Assembly (NCBI GenBank): GCA_001661245.1
Contig: KV454011.1
Location: 461,498 to 525,497 of the forward strand
Reading direction: 5' to 3'
Source: Pachysolen tannophilus NRRL Y-2460
Taxonomy: Eukaryota
DNA: 64,000 nucleotides
The position numbers and the translations under genes were made by a program. Below, piece after piece: positions 1 through 12,793 of the stretch (position 1 is its first letter; each line of letters starts with the position of its first letter). The notes beneath the pieces are model-generated. The model made no database searches. It was not told the origin of the DNA and saw only the letters and a list, made by a program, of their open reading frames with translations.

Positions 1-100
1 AAAAAAAAAAAAAAAAAAAAATTCTTTTTCCTTTTTTTTTTTTTTTCTTTTAGCTTGTTCACCAGTTGCTAACAGAGTTGATTTTTTTTTTTCTCTATAG
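1..100 (+). other. 3' part of a spliceosomal intron of RCO1
   Basis: Branch-like TGCTAAC at 67-73, T-tract, and TAG acceptor at 98-100. The exon resumes in the frame of the 281..1261 ORF. Confidence 0.8.
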
Positions 101-1261
101 GATAATGATGATTTTTGTTCGGCTTGCGGTGGTTCTGGTATTTTTTTATGCTGTGAATCGTGTCCCAAATCTTTCCATTTCCTTTGCTGTGATCCACCTT
201 TTGATGATGCAACATTACCTGAAGGAAGTTGGTATTGTAACGAGTGCAAAGCTAAATATTCTAAACCAAAGAAATATAAAGTGGGAATTTTTTCTAAATT
301 GTTAAATCAGTGTGAATTAAGAAATCCTAGAAGATTTCAATTACCAAGAAAATTGAGAGAATCTACTTTTGAAAATATAACAACTGGTAAATTTGGAGAA
401 TATCGGGATAATTCCATGAAACCTGAGAAACAGGTCAAGATAGGTAAATTGGAAGAATCTGATCCTATAAATATATATGATAAGAATGGAGCACCACTAT
501 TATGTTATAAGTGTGGTAAATCGGGTTTAGAAAAACAAATTGTGAAATGTGAATATTGTGATTTATCTTGGCATTTGGACTGTTTAACACCACCATTACC
601 TGCTATTAAAACATTAGGTACAAAGTGGAAATGTCCAAATCATTCAGATGATTTATCACTTCCACATGGAAGGAGGTTTAAAAAATCAAAAATTTTAGAT
701 GTTTCATTATTGAGGGGTTTTAAAAATAATGGCGATGTTGAAATTTTAAATCTTGAAGATGAAGATTATGAAAATGTTGTTCAATTACCAACACCAGACT
801 ATTTTAATAGCTATTATAAAGCAGGTGAAATTCATGCTCCGGTATGTGAAGAATTAGAAAAAATTGTAACAATGAACAATATTGTTTATAGAATTCCAGA
901 AAGAGGAATTATATTGGATTTCATTGATAATGCCAAGATTAGGAAAGTTCAAGAGCTTGAAAAAATGGAAAAATCAAATCATGAAATCATCCAGAAAATC
1001 GGTAACGATGAAACAAAGAAAAACTACATAGCAAGTCTCGCTGAATTCAAGAAACAGCAAAGAGTACAACTGGATTTTGAAGAATTGGTAAATATCTCAA
1101 TTGCAGAATTAGAGAAAAATGCTAAAACTCTGGATAAAGCAAAGCAAATCAACAGTATCAAAGATTTCAATGATAACGAATTGAAAGAATTGATCAACAT
1201 TAAAAAGTTAATTGAACTAAAAGGTAAAGATAGATTATTGGAGTTCTTGATAAAAGAATGA
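101..1261 (+). CDS. RCO1: Rpd3S subunit Rco1-like double-PHD-finger protein, 3' exon (5' exon lies outside the window)
   Basis: From 101 it reads DNDDFCSACGGSGIFLCCESCPKSFHFLCCDPP (PHD1). A second PHD follows (CYKCGK..CEYCDLSWHLDCLTPP..KWKCPNH), with the NPRRFQLP motif between them. Confidence 0.88.
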   Translation, partial: DNDDFCSACGGSGIFLCCESCPKSFHFLCCDPPFDDATLPEGSWYCNECKAKYSKPKKYKVGIFSKLLNQCELRNPRRFQLPRKLRESTFENITTGKFGEYRDNSMKPEKQVKIGKLEESDPINIYDKNGAPLLCYKCGKSGLEKQIVKCEYCDLSWHLDCLTPPLPAIKTLGTKWKCPNHSDDLSLPHGRRFKKSKILDVSLLRGFKNNGDVEILNLEDEDYENVVQLPTPDYFNSYYKAGEIHAPVCEELEKIVTMNNIVYRIPERGIILDFIDNAKIRKVQELEKMEKSNHEIIQKIGNDETKKNYIASLAEFKKQQRVQLDFEELVNISIAELEKNAKTLDKAKQINSIKDFNDNELKELINIKKLIELKGKDRLLEFLIKE

Positions 1262-1559
1262 TAACAAACACTACTACATTGTCATATACATTATATAAAC
1301 TGTATTTATCTAAAACACTTGTATCATCCATTCCCCCCCTACATATATACGGACATACATACATCCATCCATCTATCCATCTATCCATACTAAACCCAGA
1401 TATTGTAGTAACATTTGTAAGTAGTGCGTATAGACACCAACAATTCTTTTCGGAATACAACAAAAGCTGTGCAACACGTAGAATCTGCCATTTTCAGATA
1501 TGTTTAGCATTTATAAAGAAAAAGTTCGCGTCCCTTTTGTTTTCTCTCATACAAATAAA

Positions 1560-1655
1560 AACAAAAGGAAAAGTAAAAGTAAAAGCAAAAGCAAAAGCAA
1601 AAGCAAAAGCAAAAGCAAAAGCAAAAGCAAAAACAAAGGTAAAGGTAAAGGTAAA
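1560..1655 (+). repeat. (GCAAAA)n / (GTAAAR)n hexamer microsatellite upstream of SGS1
   Basis: Directly visible tandem hexamers. Confidence 0.9.
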
Positions 1656-1752
1656 TAGAAGGAAGTATAGGAGGAGGTGTATACGGGTATTGAGTCTCCT
1701 TAGCGGTTGGTTTATAAACTTGATCAAGAGTTTTTTAGAATTATATATTGCG

Positions 1753-2984
1753 ATGGCTAAGACGAATATCGAGTATCATAGGGCCTGGATAACAACAGAG
1801 AAACCGCATATACCAGCAAATTTTGAAATGCCCGATTTCCATGTAAATAGTAATACTTCTACTGTTGCGCCTACGGCGGTACCGCTATCAGTGAATAATT
1901 CAATCATCAATAGACATATTAATAACATTAACAACAAACTGCTGACATCTATACTGAAATTAAATGGAATACCGAGTGGTGGTAGTTATCATCATGAACC
2001 GATGATAACATCTTCCGCGACTACAATAGCAACAGCTACAGCAACATCTCTGCGCTCGATAGTACTGGGAGATAAGATAACAACTGCCAGTTTTCAAAAT
2101 TTGGCACCAATGGTGAAAATTTCACAAAATGAGCAACAACATTTACTAAATAGCATTGAACCTGTAAAGAGAACAAGCGGTATTGGGTTGATGAGTACTA
2201 AATCTCGAACTCCATCTAATTCATCTGCCAATTTAAGTACTTGGAATAGTCCAAGTAATAGAAGCAATGGAAATAGTGATGTTGGGAAAGAAGTTCCAAT
2301 GGAACACTCGGGCGAAAGAATAGCTAATGGTACAAGAAAACTTAATACTAGAAACCAGGATATTCATAACTTATTATCTACCAACGTCAGAAGTAAAGGT
2401 GAACCAACAATGATTGACTTAACAAATGATGCCGTAATTGATAAGGATCAGGAAGAGGAAACAGTTTTGAAAAATAATAACAAAAGACAAGCCTTAGATG
2501 GAAACTCTTCACTGCAACCTTTGTCGTCAAAGAAACAAAAGTTGAATAATGTTTCAAATATAACCACATCTTCTTCTTCTACCAGGCTTCCCAAAAATTT
2601 CAATGGTATTCATCCTGAATTTGATGAAGATTTGAGTCTAGAGGAGCTATTAAAGAAAAATAATAACAAGGATTTAGGTGATTTAGGAATAAAAAATACA
2701 TTAAATATTAACAATACAGCGCTGTTAAAGAAATATGTTGTACTGCAATCTAAATATATTTCATTCTGTGAAAACAAGGTAAAGTTATTACAAGAAAAAA
2801 TTGATATAATGGAGTCTACTGCAGTCTCTGACGATAGAAAGAGAATGGAAAAAAATGCCTTAAATTTGAAAATGATAGAAAATGATAGAGAAAGCTTGCC
2901 GCTAAAAAGACAATTGATAAGTTTTAACCTTGCTCAAATATTAGCAGAAGACGGCAATAATAAAAACAACAACAACAATAGTAA

Positions 2985-3025
<41 letters not shown>

Positions 3026-6000
3026 GTATTAATAATTACTCAATTATAGAAGCACATTCATCTCCAAAAAAACTAAATGGTTTTGCGGTCCCAGTACCTC
3101 CTGTGTCGCAGCAACAATCAGCACACATTTCTCAAAGACAACATCATACTTCAAACTCTTCTCTTTTACAAGATTTCTCCACTTCAGATTTTGATGTAAC
3201 TGAAGATGACCATTTGAATAATGGTAATGGCAACACAGAATTCAAAACCCCTGTTACAGTAGATGACCGATTTTTAGAGGTTGATTCAGAGGATGAAAAT
3301 ATTCAGATAATAAACGTCACGAATGAGTTACCTCGCAAGTTTACTGCTGAGAATGGAAATACCAACTCTCATGTACGTTCTAATTTACAAGAGGCTCGCG
3401 ATTATATTGAATCCAGAAAAGTTGCAAAAGTAAACAATTCAAATAACATAAACAACGGGGTCTCTGACTCAGAACCTGAGGATGTCTTCGGGTCCGAAGG
3501 TCTTATAACGGACGACGAGTTGAATCATATGAATACAACTGAGATCAACGAGTTGAATGAATTCATAGTTGATCAACTTTCTGACGACCATGATTCTTCA
3601 TTTAGAGAAAGTGCAATCGAGGAAGATGATAATGATAGCAGATATGAACTTCACGACGAGATTAATGATATTGCAAAAGAAATTGAAGATTTGAAGAATT
3701 CCTCAGAAGAAGAAGACGATAAAATTGAGGACAGCTTACAAGATCACAACATGAATGTTTCATCGCGAAACTTAGTGGAGTCAATAGACTCTTTTGATGA
3801 TGAACTCGATGAAGGCGTAGAGTATATGACTCAATTAAACCAAGAAAGAGAGTTGATCAACCTTGCATCTGATGATGATGTATTTGATGATGATGATGCT
3901 GCAATTATTGAACTAACAACGAATAAACACAACAGTGACAGTATAGTGCGTTCACTACCAAGTTCACCATTGATGAACGCTAATTTTAACGATAATGGTG
4001 AGGATGATATTCAAGAAATTGAACCTTTCCCTGATAACTCTGATAAGTTCAAAAATAAAACATACCCTTGGACTGAAGACGTTAAAAGTGCTCTTAACAA
4101 GGTCTTTAAACTTAGTTCGTTTAGACCTAATCAGCTAGAGGCTGTTAATGGTACTTTAGCTGGTGAGGATGTATTTGTTTTAATGCCAACAGGAGGCGGT
4201 AAATCTTTGTGTTATCAATTACCTGCTTTAGTTAACTCTGGTAAAACAAAGGGAACTACTATTGTTATTTCTCCTTTGATTTCATTAATGGAAGACCAGG
4301 TGGATCATTTGTTAAAACGAGGCATTCATGCAGGAATGATTAATTCTAAATCGTCGGAAAATAGAAAACAGATGTTCCAATTATTTAATCAAGGTTTGTT
4401 GCAACTTGTATATCTATCTCCAGAAATGATTAGTGCTAGTAATCAAGCCAGGAATACTATAAAAAAATTACATCAAAAAGGACAATTAGCAAGAATCGTT
4501 GTTGATGAGGCCCATTGTGTTTCTTCCTGGGGGCATGATTTCAGGCCAGATTATAAAAGTCTTACCTTCTTCAAAAAAGAATACCCAGATATTCCTATTA
4601 TGGCTTTAACGGCAACTGCAAATGAGCATGTCAGAATGGATATTGTACATAATTTGAATATGAATGATCCCCAGTTTTTCAAGCAGAGCTTCAACAGAAC
4701 CAATTTGTTTTATAAAGTTTCTTTTAAAACCAAAACGCATATAGAAGATATTTGTGATTTAATTTCATCTACTTACAGAAATTGCTCTGGAATTATTTAC
4801 TGCCATTCAAAAAACCTATGTGAACAGACTTCCGAAAAGTTATTGAATTTTGGAATTAAGGCTTCGTTTTATCATGCCGGGATGACAGCAGATGACAGGT
4901 CGGGAGTACAAAGAATGTGGCAAAATGGTACAATACAGGTTATTTGTGCCACTATTGCTTTTGGTATGGGTATTGATAAACCTGATGTTAGATTTGTCAT
5001 ACATTTGACCATTCCAAGAACTTTAGAAGGCTATTATCAAGAAACAGGTAGGGCTGGTAGAGATGGTAATCCTTCTGAATGTATAATGTATTACAGTTAT
5101 AAAGATGCCAGAGCTTTGCAATCTATGATACAAAAAGATAAGGAATTAGACAAGGATGGTAAGGAAAAACATTTGAACAAGCTTAGGCAGGTAGTTCAGT
5201 ACTGTGAAAATACTACAGATTGCCGTAGACAACAAGTTTTACAATACTTTAACGAATCTTTCAAAAGGGCAGACTGTCATAAACAGTGTGATAACTGTGC
5301 AAAAGGAACTACGGAGGCATTGATGCAAAAAGATGTTACTGAGTACGCTAAAGACATGATCAAATTAGTGCATTCTCTTCAAGATGAAAAAGTCACTCTT
5401 TTATATTGTCAAGATGTCTTCAAAGGGTCGAAATCCAATAAGATTATTGTTGCTCAGCATGACCAGAATCCTTATCATGGAAGAGGAAAGGATTTAGATA
5501 AATTATCGATAGAGAGAATTTTCTTTCATCTTATTTATGAGCAAATTCTACAAGAATACTCGGTGATGAACAATGCTGGATTTGCACTAAATTATATTAA
5601 AGTTGGCAAATTTTCGAATTTAGTTTTGTCTGGCAAAAAGAAAATAATAATTTCTTTCAACGTTGAAGATAAGGCTACAAATAACAACAATAATAACAGT
5701 AACAATAAACCGATTTCAAGAAATACTCTGGCCCAGCAACCTCCCGAAAATTTAAACACTTTTAGATTTGATGAAAATGTTCCGATGAGTCACTTCGTTC
5801 CTGCTACCAATGAATTAAAAAGGCAACAATCTTTTAATGGTACACCACATATTAATTTACCGCGCAGGAAGTTTTCATTTGAACAAGAAAAATTTATTAA
5901 CAAATCTTATGGTGCATTAAATGATGTGAGAATGCGAAAAATGAGTGAACTTGGAATTACAATTTCTTCGCATATTGCGTCTGACGCTGTATTAAGAGAG

Positions 6001-6585
6001 CTTGCGATTTTGTTACCTACCACCTCTAAGGATTTCAAAAAGATTCCTGGTATTACTGGTAAGGAAGCCATGAATTTTTCTACTTTCAAAAGCACATTGA
6101 TCAAATTACGTAAGGAGAGAGAATCAGGCAATTTATTCAATTTTGAAATTCCACCTTCTTCTTTGAATTCTGCTACACAAACTAATGTCTTAACCCAGAA
6201 TAATAACCATAATAATAATAATAATAATAATAACAGTAATACATCTCCTTATTTCAATAATTTTGAATCGACAGATGAGGATGTTTTAACAAAATTAAAA
6301 GAGATTCATTCGTCACAATTATCTGGAAGAAGTCCTGATCTACAGAGAACTAAAAGAATACCTTCTTCACAGAAGTCAAGAAGAGGTGGTTATAGAAAAC
6401 GAGGTGGGCGCGCTTCTGGTAATATTGGTCACGGTAATTATAAGAATAATAACAGAACGGATTCAACTAGGACTGCAAAAAGGTCGGCAGGGTCCTCTAA
6501 AAATAATAATTGGACAACAGCGTCGTCTTTGAACAAAAGCCAAAATGCAAAGAAACCTTTAGTGCCAAGAAGTTTGCAGTTGTAG
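1753..6585 (+). CDS. SGS1: RecQ-family DNA helicase Sgs1 (likely start MAKTNIEYH at 1753)
   Basis: MPTGGGKSLCYQLP, DEAHCVSSWGHDFRPDY, ATIAFGMGIDKPDVRFV, YYQETGRAGRDG, the RQC Cys cluster and an HRDC-like region. The N-terminus resembles the Top3-binding Sgs1 start. Confidence 0.95.
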
Positions 6586-6979
6586 GTTGATTTGGAGTTA
6601 GAAAACAAGGCATTCTATTTCATGAGATACGATTATAATAGATATATATTTTTATGATTAGTTTACAATTACCTTTTGTTAATGTTTAGAAACGTTTTTA
6701 TATTCGTGTAGTATCAAGAAGTTTTCAGGGTCAGTCGATCGATTATCTACTCAAATAATTAATAAATAACAGTAAGTGCTAAATAATTACAAATAATAAC
6801 AAAAAAAAACATTACATTTAAAAAAGAGGATTATTAGGGGGTATCAAATATGCAACCATGAAAACCTTGAAATTTATATCTAGCAATAAACAAGTAATAA
6901 AACAATGTACTAAAAGAAAAAAATAGAAAAAAAAAAGAAAAATAAAAAAAAATTTCATCAACTCAAGTTAAGAAAGAGA

Positions 6980-9900
6980 CTACTCCGATTCTTCCTCATA
7001 TCCGTCTTGTTCACTTTCACTCCCATCTTCCACATTATAGTTAATTTTCTTAGTAGAGCGGCTGGATTTTCGAGTCGGTTCGGCAGGTACATTGGCATCA
7101 TATTTTCTGAACTTTTTCGAAGACTTCCTGTTAGTTAGATTATAGTTTTCTTTGTCGCCGTCAACATCTCTAGAAGCTAACTTTACTTTTTTGGTAAGAT
7201 TAGGTTTCAGCAGCTGCAGCTGAAGTTGCAGTAATTGTTTAGGCCTCTTGACTCCGCTGCTTGAGCCCGTGTTTTGATGATGACTTGTGATGGTACCTAC
7301 TTTTACTTTAATTAATGTATTCAACCTTTTTGAGATCACCTCAGGAATGAAAACATTACTAACAACATACTGAGCTTCTTTTAATGATTTTGTTGGTTTA
7401 AACAAATCAGCTGAAAGCTGGAACTTTCCGGGATACGTTGAAATTATCCAGTTTTTAATAGAAGATAATTCCTTGATAGACAGTTGACATAATTCCGCTA
7501 TTCTGTATATGTTTAAACAAATATGCTTTTGAGAATTTGTGCTGTTATCTGCGTTCTCCTGGGTTGAGTAAAAACTTTCATAGACTTCGTCAGGAATAAA
7601 ATTATCCCTGTATTGCTTCAATCTTGAAGCAAAATAATATAACAAAGAAATGTTTTCTTGAGTACCAACAATTTCTAAATAAAAGCAAATATATTCTAAT
7701 GCAAAAGAATACGCTTGAAGTGAGGTTTCCCCATTAGGATCATTTTCAAAAGATTCTTCAATCAATTCCACAAATTCTTGATGATGCGAAACCATGTGAA
7801 GTAGCCTAACCAATGACCTTTCGTAAACAATATTGTTATTATTGTTGATGCAACCACCTGCAGTTTGATTCTTTTTAGAATTCAACTTTCTGTTGAAAGA
7901 TGACTTTATCCATGTTTTTACATCTTTCTTGAGATCCTCATTTGGTTCGTGAGCAATAAAAAAAACCAAGGGCAAAAATCTTTCGCTGATTAGATCATCG
8001 TTCAAATACTTCTCTAATTTTGAAATTATCCGTTGTCTGATTGACAAATTTTCATCTTGAATTAAAAAGATTAAGCTATTCAAAGAAGCAGTCTTTAGCA
8101 TACCATTGTAAACAGGATATTTTGAAAGTTTCAATAGCGATACACCAGCCTGTAGTCTCAAACGCGACTGGTAATGTTTTGGAGTCGGATATGTTTTACT
8201 CTTGGGTGATACAATCTCACCACCATTGCCTATTAAAGAGACTAATAATTTTAAAACAGGTTCGGCTAAGACCTGAATTTTTTTCACTTCTTCACCATCT
8301 AACTCATCGCTATTTGGACTGATCGAAATCAATCTATTAACAAAAATCTTCAAGGTCAATAACTTAGCATAACATTCTTTGTGTTCAACTTTTTCCAAAT
8401 CCACATCATCTACCCATTCTGGATCATTATCAGTGGCAAGTTTTCTATTTTTCAACAATATTTCTTTAATTAAATAAGTTGTTATTTCTGATGCCTTAGA
8501 TTCGACTACAGAATTATCTTCAGTTTTCAAAAACAATTCGGCTATAACAGCTAGATCTGTAACGAAGTTTTGTTTGTTCAGATCCAAAGGATAGATTTTG
8601 GACATAATTTCCTCTGAGTACGAATATTTATGATTTGACAACAATAAAATTCTAATTGCATAACGAGCCTCCAATGGCATACCGTATAATGATATTTTAG
8701 ACAAATTCTCATAAACCCCACTGCTGTCAACTAAATCAAAGTCAGGAAATTTTTTGATAAAGTGATATACTGTCTTCAAAGAATTGGTTAAACTTTCTCT
8801 ATTACTATCATCATTATCGTAATTCGAGATTAAGTTGGTCAATTCGTGAATTTCAGATTTAAAAACCCCGGGAGTCTGGTTTGAAATAACTTCCAAAAGA
8901 TCCTGAGCAGATTTGTTCAAACTATGAGATGTATCTTTGGCAATTTTTAAAATTATAGAAACATTACTTTTGTTAACAAATAAGACCGATGACCTGTATA
9001 ATAAGAGTTTAAAAACCAATGACATTTCATGCAAGCTTATGGAGTTCAATTCATTGTCTAATTTGATCGTTTTCAGATCTGAAATTTTATTGAAAAACTC
9101 TTTCAAAGAATTTCTAATAGTTTCGTAATCGCTCTCCACAGAAAGACATAATTTAACCAACTTGTAAAATCTTCTATTATTTAAATACAAAAACCTTTTT
9201 AGGCACTCTTTTGAGTTAATATTATCTGGTAAGCTATTGCATAGCCAATCTATTATTCTTTGTAATTTTTTCTCCAAGTCGGCATCTTTATTGCTGCCCC
9301 CATTGAACAACTCACAGAAGTTTATAAATTGAAGTAACACGTCACTTAACTGTTGTTGTCTTCTAATAATAGCGACAAAAGAAGACTTTGGTTTTGGACT
9401 CAAACTCTGTAAAATTGTTAGCAATCTATGAACTCTTTTAACCGTATTATTTTCAATCGGTAAGATTTGTTCAAAAATACATAAATCTACCACCGAATTA
9501 ATATTTTTATCATTGATGTAAATCAAGCTTAGAATATGATCTGGAATCCATGATAAAAGTTTGTCCAACAGTTCATCACCTTTATAAAGATCATCAAAAA
9601 TTTCATTGTACAAATACCCCAATAAGCTAATAATTTTATTTCTAATATCAGCATGCTTTTCTCTAATTAATTGACCCAAGGTATTCATAATATTAAGGTT
9701 TGCTAGTTTTTTAATAAAGATATTAGGATGTAGCTCTGAAATTTTTTTGCACGCCATATATCTGACTCTTTCGTCTGAATCTAATAAGGATTTTGTTAAA
9801 CCGTTACGTATATCATTTAATATTGAAATTTCTGATCTGGAATTCAAAATTAGTACAGAAGTTTCAACCCACTTACACCGAACTTGAGGTGAAATATCTA

Positions 9901-11019
9901 AAGTCTTCTTTAGCCAAATGGTCAATGAATCAGAATGGTCTTTCAAAAAATTTATTCTTGAGGGTTGAACTGCAATGATCTTTCCAATAGTTTCAGTAGC
10001 AAGTACTCTTATATGAACATCTTCTGCTTCTAATTCGTTATCAATTAACCCCATTACTGAGGACAAAACTTCGGGAACAGTTTTCCAAATCTCCAAAGTT
10101 AATCTATGTATTTTCTGTACTTGTTCAGCAATTTTGCTTTTTACCTCATGCAGTTCTTTACCGTCTTCAATCGTGTTAGAACTTTCATAAATAATTTCTG
10201 AAAAAAATTGAGTGATCTGCCTGGACATTCTATCAGTATTTGTCTTGCAGATACTTAGGGTAAAATTCAATCCTGGATTTGAAACATTTGATAACTGAGT
10301 TGAGGAAGGTGTTGATAAAAATTTGTTCAAGATTAATTTTAAAACAGAATGAGGTATGAAATCACTTTCAGATATAACTTCGGATAAGATATCACAAATA
10401 AGTGGTTCTAGTTTTGTTGGGAAATCATTTTGGTTAGCTAGGTCGTAAAAAGTTCGAAAAAGTAATTCTATTAATTTTTCTGAATCTGGTAAATCAGTTA
10501 TTAGGATAACTGATCTAACTTCTGCTAACCTCTGTAACAAATATAAATATTGTTGAAAATATCCATTCGTTTCCTGTTCATTCAAATGCCTGAACTGATG
10601 AAAAAAAAGTTTAAAAATATCTGTTAACTGTGAAGCAGTGAAGGGAGCATCTGGTGCATAAATTCTTAATATATCAGATAAACAACAAGCAACATAGGCC
10701 TGAATTCCCAAATTGCTGTTTTTTAATAACTTCTTATGACCTAACTGATCCTTAATATTATCCAACGACAGAGTATCTATTTTTTCCAGATCAATTGAAG
10801 AGATTTCATTAGACAAGTCCTAGAGGGGGAGGAAAAAAAAAAGTCAAACGTTAGTATGATACTCAACTAAATAAAACCAAACAAAAGGGAAACAAAGTTG
10901 GAATTAAAAATGCTTACTTTTAATCTAGCTAACAAATCTTTGTTAGATATTGACTCCTTAACACTTGGTACAATAGTCTTGTTAAACTTCAACTGCTGTA
11001 GATGCTTATTCTTAACCAT
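6980..11019 (-). CDS. PDS5: Cohesin regulator Pds5; exons 11019-10918 and 10819-6980
   Basis: VACCLSDILRIYAPDAPFT motif and HEAT-like body. Intron 10917-10820 has GTAAGC donor, TACTAAC and TAG. Splicing joins ...LLARLK|DLSNEIS in frame. Confidence 0.93.
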
Positions 11020-11142
11020 ATCCTAGAGTTAGAGATACCAGCCTTTGATGATTTGAAATTAAGTAACGTATTTGTTTTAGTAATGCGTTTTGTTTTCATT
11101 TTAACATTTTTAAATTTAAAAAAAAAAAGAAAAAAAAAAAAA

Positions 11143-11148
11143 ACGCGT
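11143..11148. promoter_or_regulatory. MCB element (ACGCGT) upstream of PDS5
   Basis: Exact ACGCGT next to poly-A, about 125 bp upstream of the ATG. PDS5 is a typical G1/S gene. Confidence 0.6.
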
Positions 11149-11596
11149 TAAATAATTGTAGCGTTTGCACGACCCCTATTTTTATCCCAACTCTATTATG
11201 AGTAGTAATTATTTCCCAACTTTAACTAACTGTATGGATATTATTTTTTTGAAAAATCTCTCCCACTACAATAGAAGAAATGAATGGTAATATTCTTTTG
11301 TCATTCTATTCAATAAATACTTACAGATCTCATGGATTCGTGATTGTTTAAATATTCGGGAAAGAAAAGGTAAGTTTCCATATTCAGTTACAACATTCAC
11401 GATGTTGAGTTGCCTCATTCGGAAAACACAATACTTATATGCACAATCTTGTTACATCATATAATACTCATTTGGTAAATCTATCTTGAAATATGTAATT
11501 TTAATGATGTAATTATAGTTCAAAATATTTTTTTGAAAAGTCTAATTCAGAAAAAAGTACATTAATATTGTATTTCTATATAATTTGTACCAAACA

Positions 11597-12358
11597 TTAT
11601 CTGTTTTTAAGACAGAAACATAACAAACCAAGGAATAATTCTACTAAAACTCCATTTTTCTTTGATGGTTGTTGTTGCTGCTGTTGTTGGTAGTATGTAT
11701 TTTGTTGTGGTTGGTAATTCATATTGTAGTGCAGTTGTGGTTGCTGTTGCTGTTGATATGTATTTCCTGGACCCAATGCCGTTGGACTTGAAATATTGAT
11801 CCAGTTATTCGGTATGTTGGCATTACTCAACTCTATAACTAATACACCCGAATTATGTTTCTGAATATAAGTTTTCAATTTAGCATCTGCACATAGTTTT
11901 TCAATAGCTGGTTTCAATTTAGCAACTCCATTGACACTGTGTAATCCTTTCCCAACTATGACTTCCAATTTGGATTCGTGTCTATTTATCCCAGCAATAA
12001 TTCTTTGTTTCAATATATATTCTGCTTCTTTCACATATAACCCATGAAGGTCAATTTGATCCGATTGACTGTCGGCATTGTTTTCAACAAAAACATATTC
12101 AGCAGCTTTTGCATTATAATCCTCAGCTATTTGAGCTTGCTTTTTAGCTTGTAATGATAGTTCATGGGCTTGAGATTTGTCCCCAGCTTTATAGGCGTTT
12201 TGAGATTTATGGGATAATTCCTGTCTCCTATGAGCAGCTTGATCTGCTAACTTTCTAAACTGATGATATTCCTTATCAGTAGCATGATTATAATCCTTTT
12301 CATGCGTAGATAAAAAGGCCCCACGATCCAAAAAACCAGTTGAAGCACCTGCACTCAT
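11597..12358 (-). CDS. Smr-domain protein (DUF1771+Smr, YPL199C-like)
   Basis: SQNAYKAGDKSQAHELS, IDLHGLYVKEA and VIVGKGLHS motifs. Confidence 0.85.
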   Translation of the reverse strand: MSAGASTGFLDRGAFLSTHEKDYNHATDKEYHQFRKLADQAAHRRQELSHKSQNAYKAGDKSQAHELSLQAKKQAQIAEDYNAKAAEYVFVENNADSQSDQIDLHGLYVKEAEYILKQRIIAGINRHESKLEVIVGKGLHSVNGVAKLKPAIEKLCADAKLKTYIQKHNSGVLVIELSNANIPNNWINISSPTALGPGNTYQQQQQPQLHYNMNYQPQQNTYYQQQQQQQPSKKNGVLVELFLGLLCFCLKNR

Positions 12359-12560
12359 TGGTAATTATATCGGTTCAAAATGAAAATATTATCGTAATTA
12401 CTGTTAAATAATGATAATAATAATAATAATAATAATAAGAATAATATGTATTCGCATGTATGTACAGCAGAAGCAGGAGCGGCCAAAGGAAACCAACCCA
12501 ACCGAGTTCCCATTATAGGCAGGTAGCAAAAACAGGTACATCAGTACACCACCATAAGTA

Positions 12561-12576
12561 TAGGGTTCAGCCCTAA
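12561..12576. promoter_or_regulatory. Inverted TAGGG..CCCTAA dyad in the RPL7 promoter (Tbf1-like site)
   Basis: TAGGGTTCAGCCCTAA resembles the Tbf1 dyad of Candida ribosomal-protein promoters. An RRPE-like AAAATTTTTCA lies at about 12661. Confidence 0.5.
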
Positions 12577-12793
12577 TTATTTTGGCTATTATTTACACTC
12601 CAATTCACACTTAAAAAAATTTTTTATCTGCCAATTTTCACTGCAAAAAAAAAAAAAAAAAAAATTTTTCACTCTGCGGTAGAGCTTCCAGTGCAATACA
12701 ATATTTTTCATAATTTTCAAGTTTTATATTATAATATTTTATATTAACAATATTTTATTAGATTAGTTGAAAACATCAAATATCATATCAAAG

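Noticed and set aside
66..305. 79-aa ORF in the track
   Set aside because: Alternate frame over the RCO1 intron and PHD exon.
4816..5589. CTA codons at normally Ser-like Sgs1 positions (KN-CTA-CEQ at 4816, GFA-CTA-NY at 5587), suggesting CTA is also reassigned
   Set aside because: CTA occupies a conserved Leu in the same gene (NQ-CTA-EAVN at 4135). Ordinary substitutions, possibly CTG-to-CTA, explain these two sites more simply.
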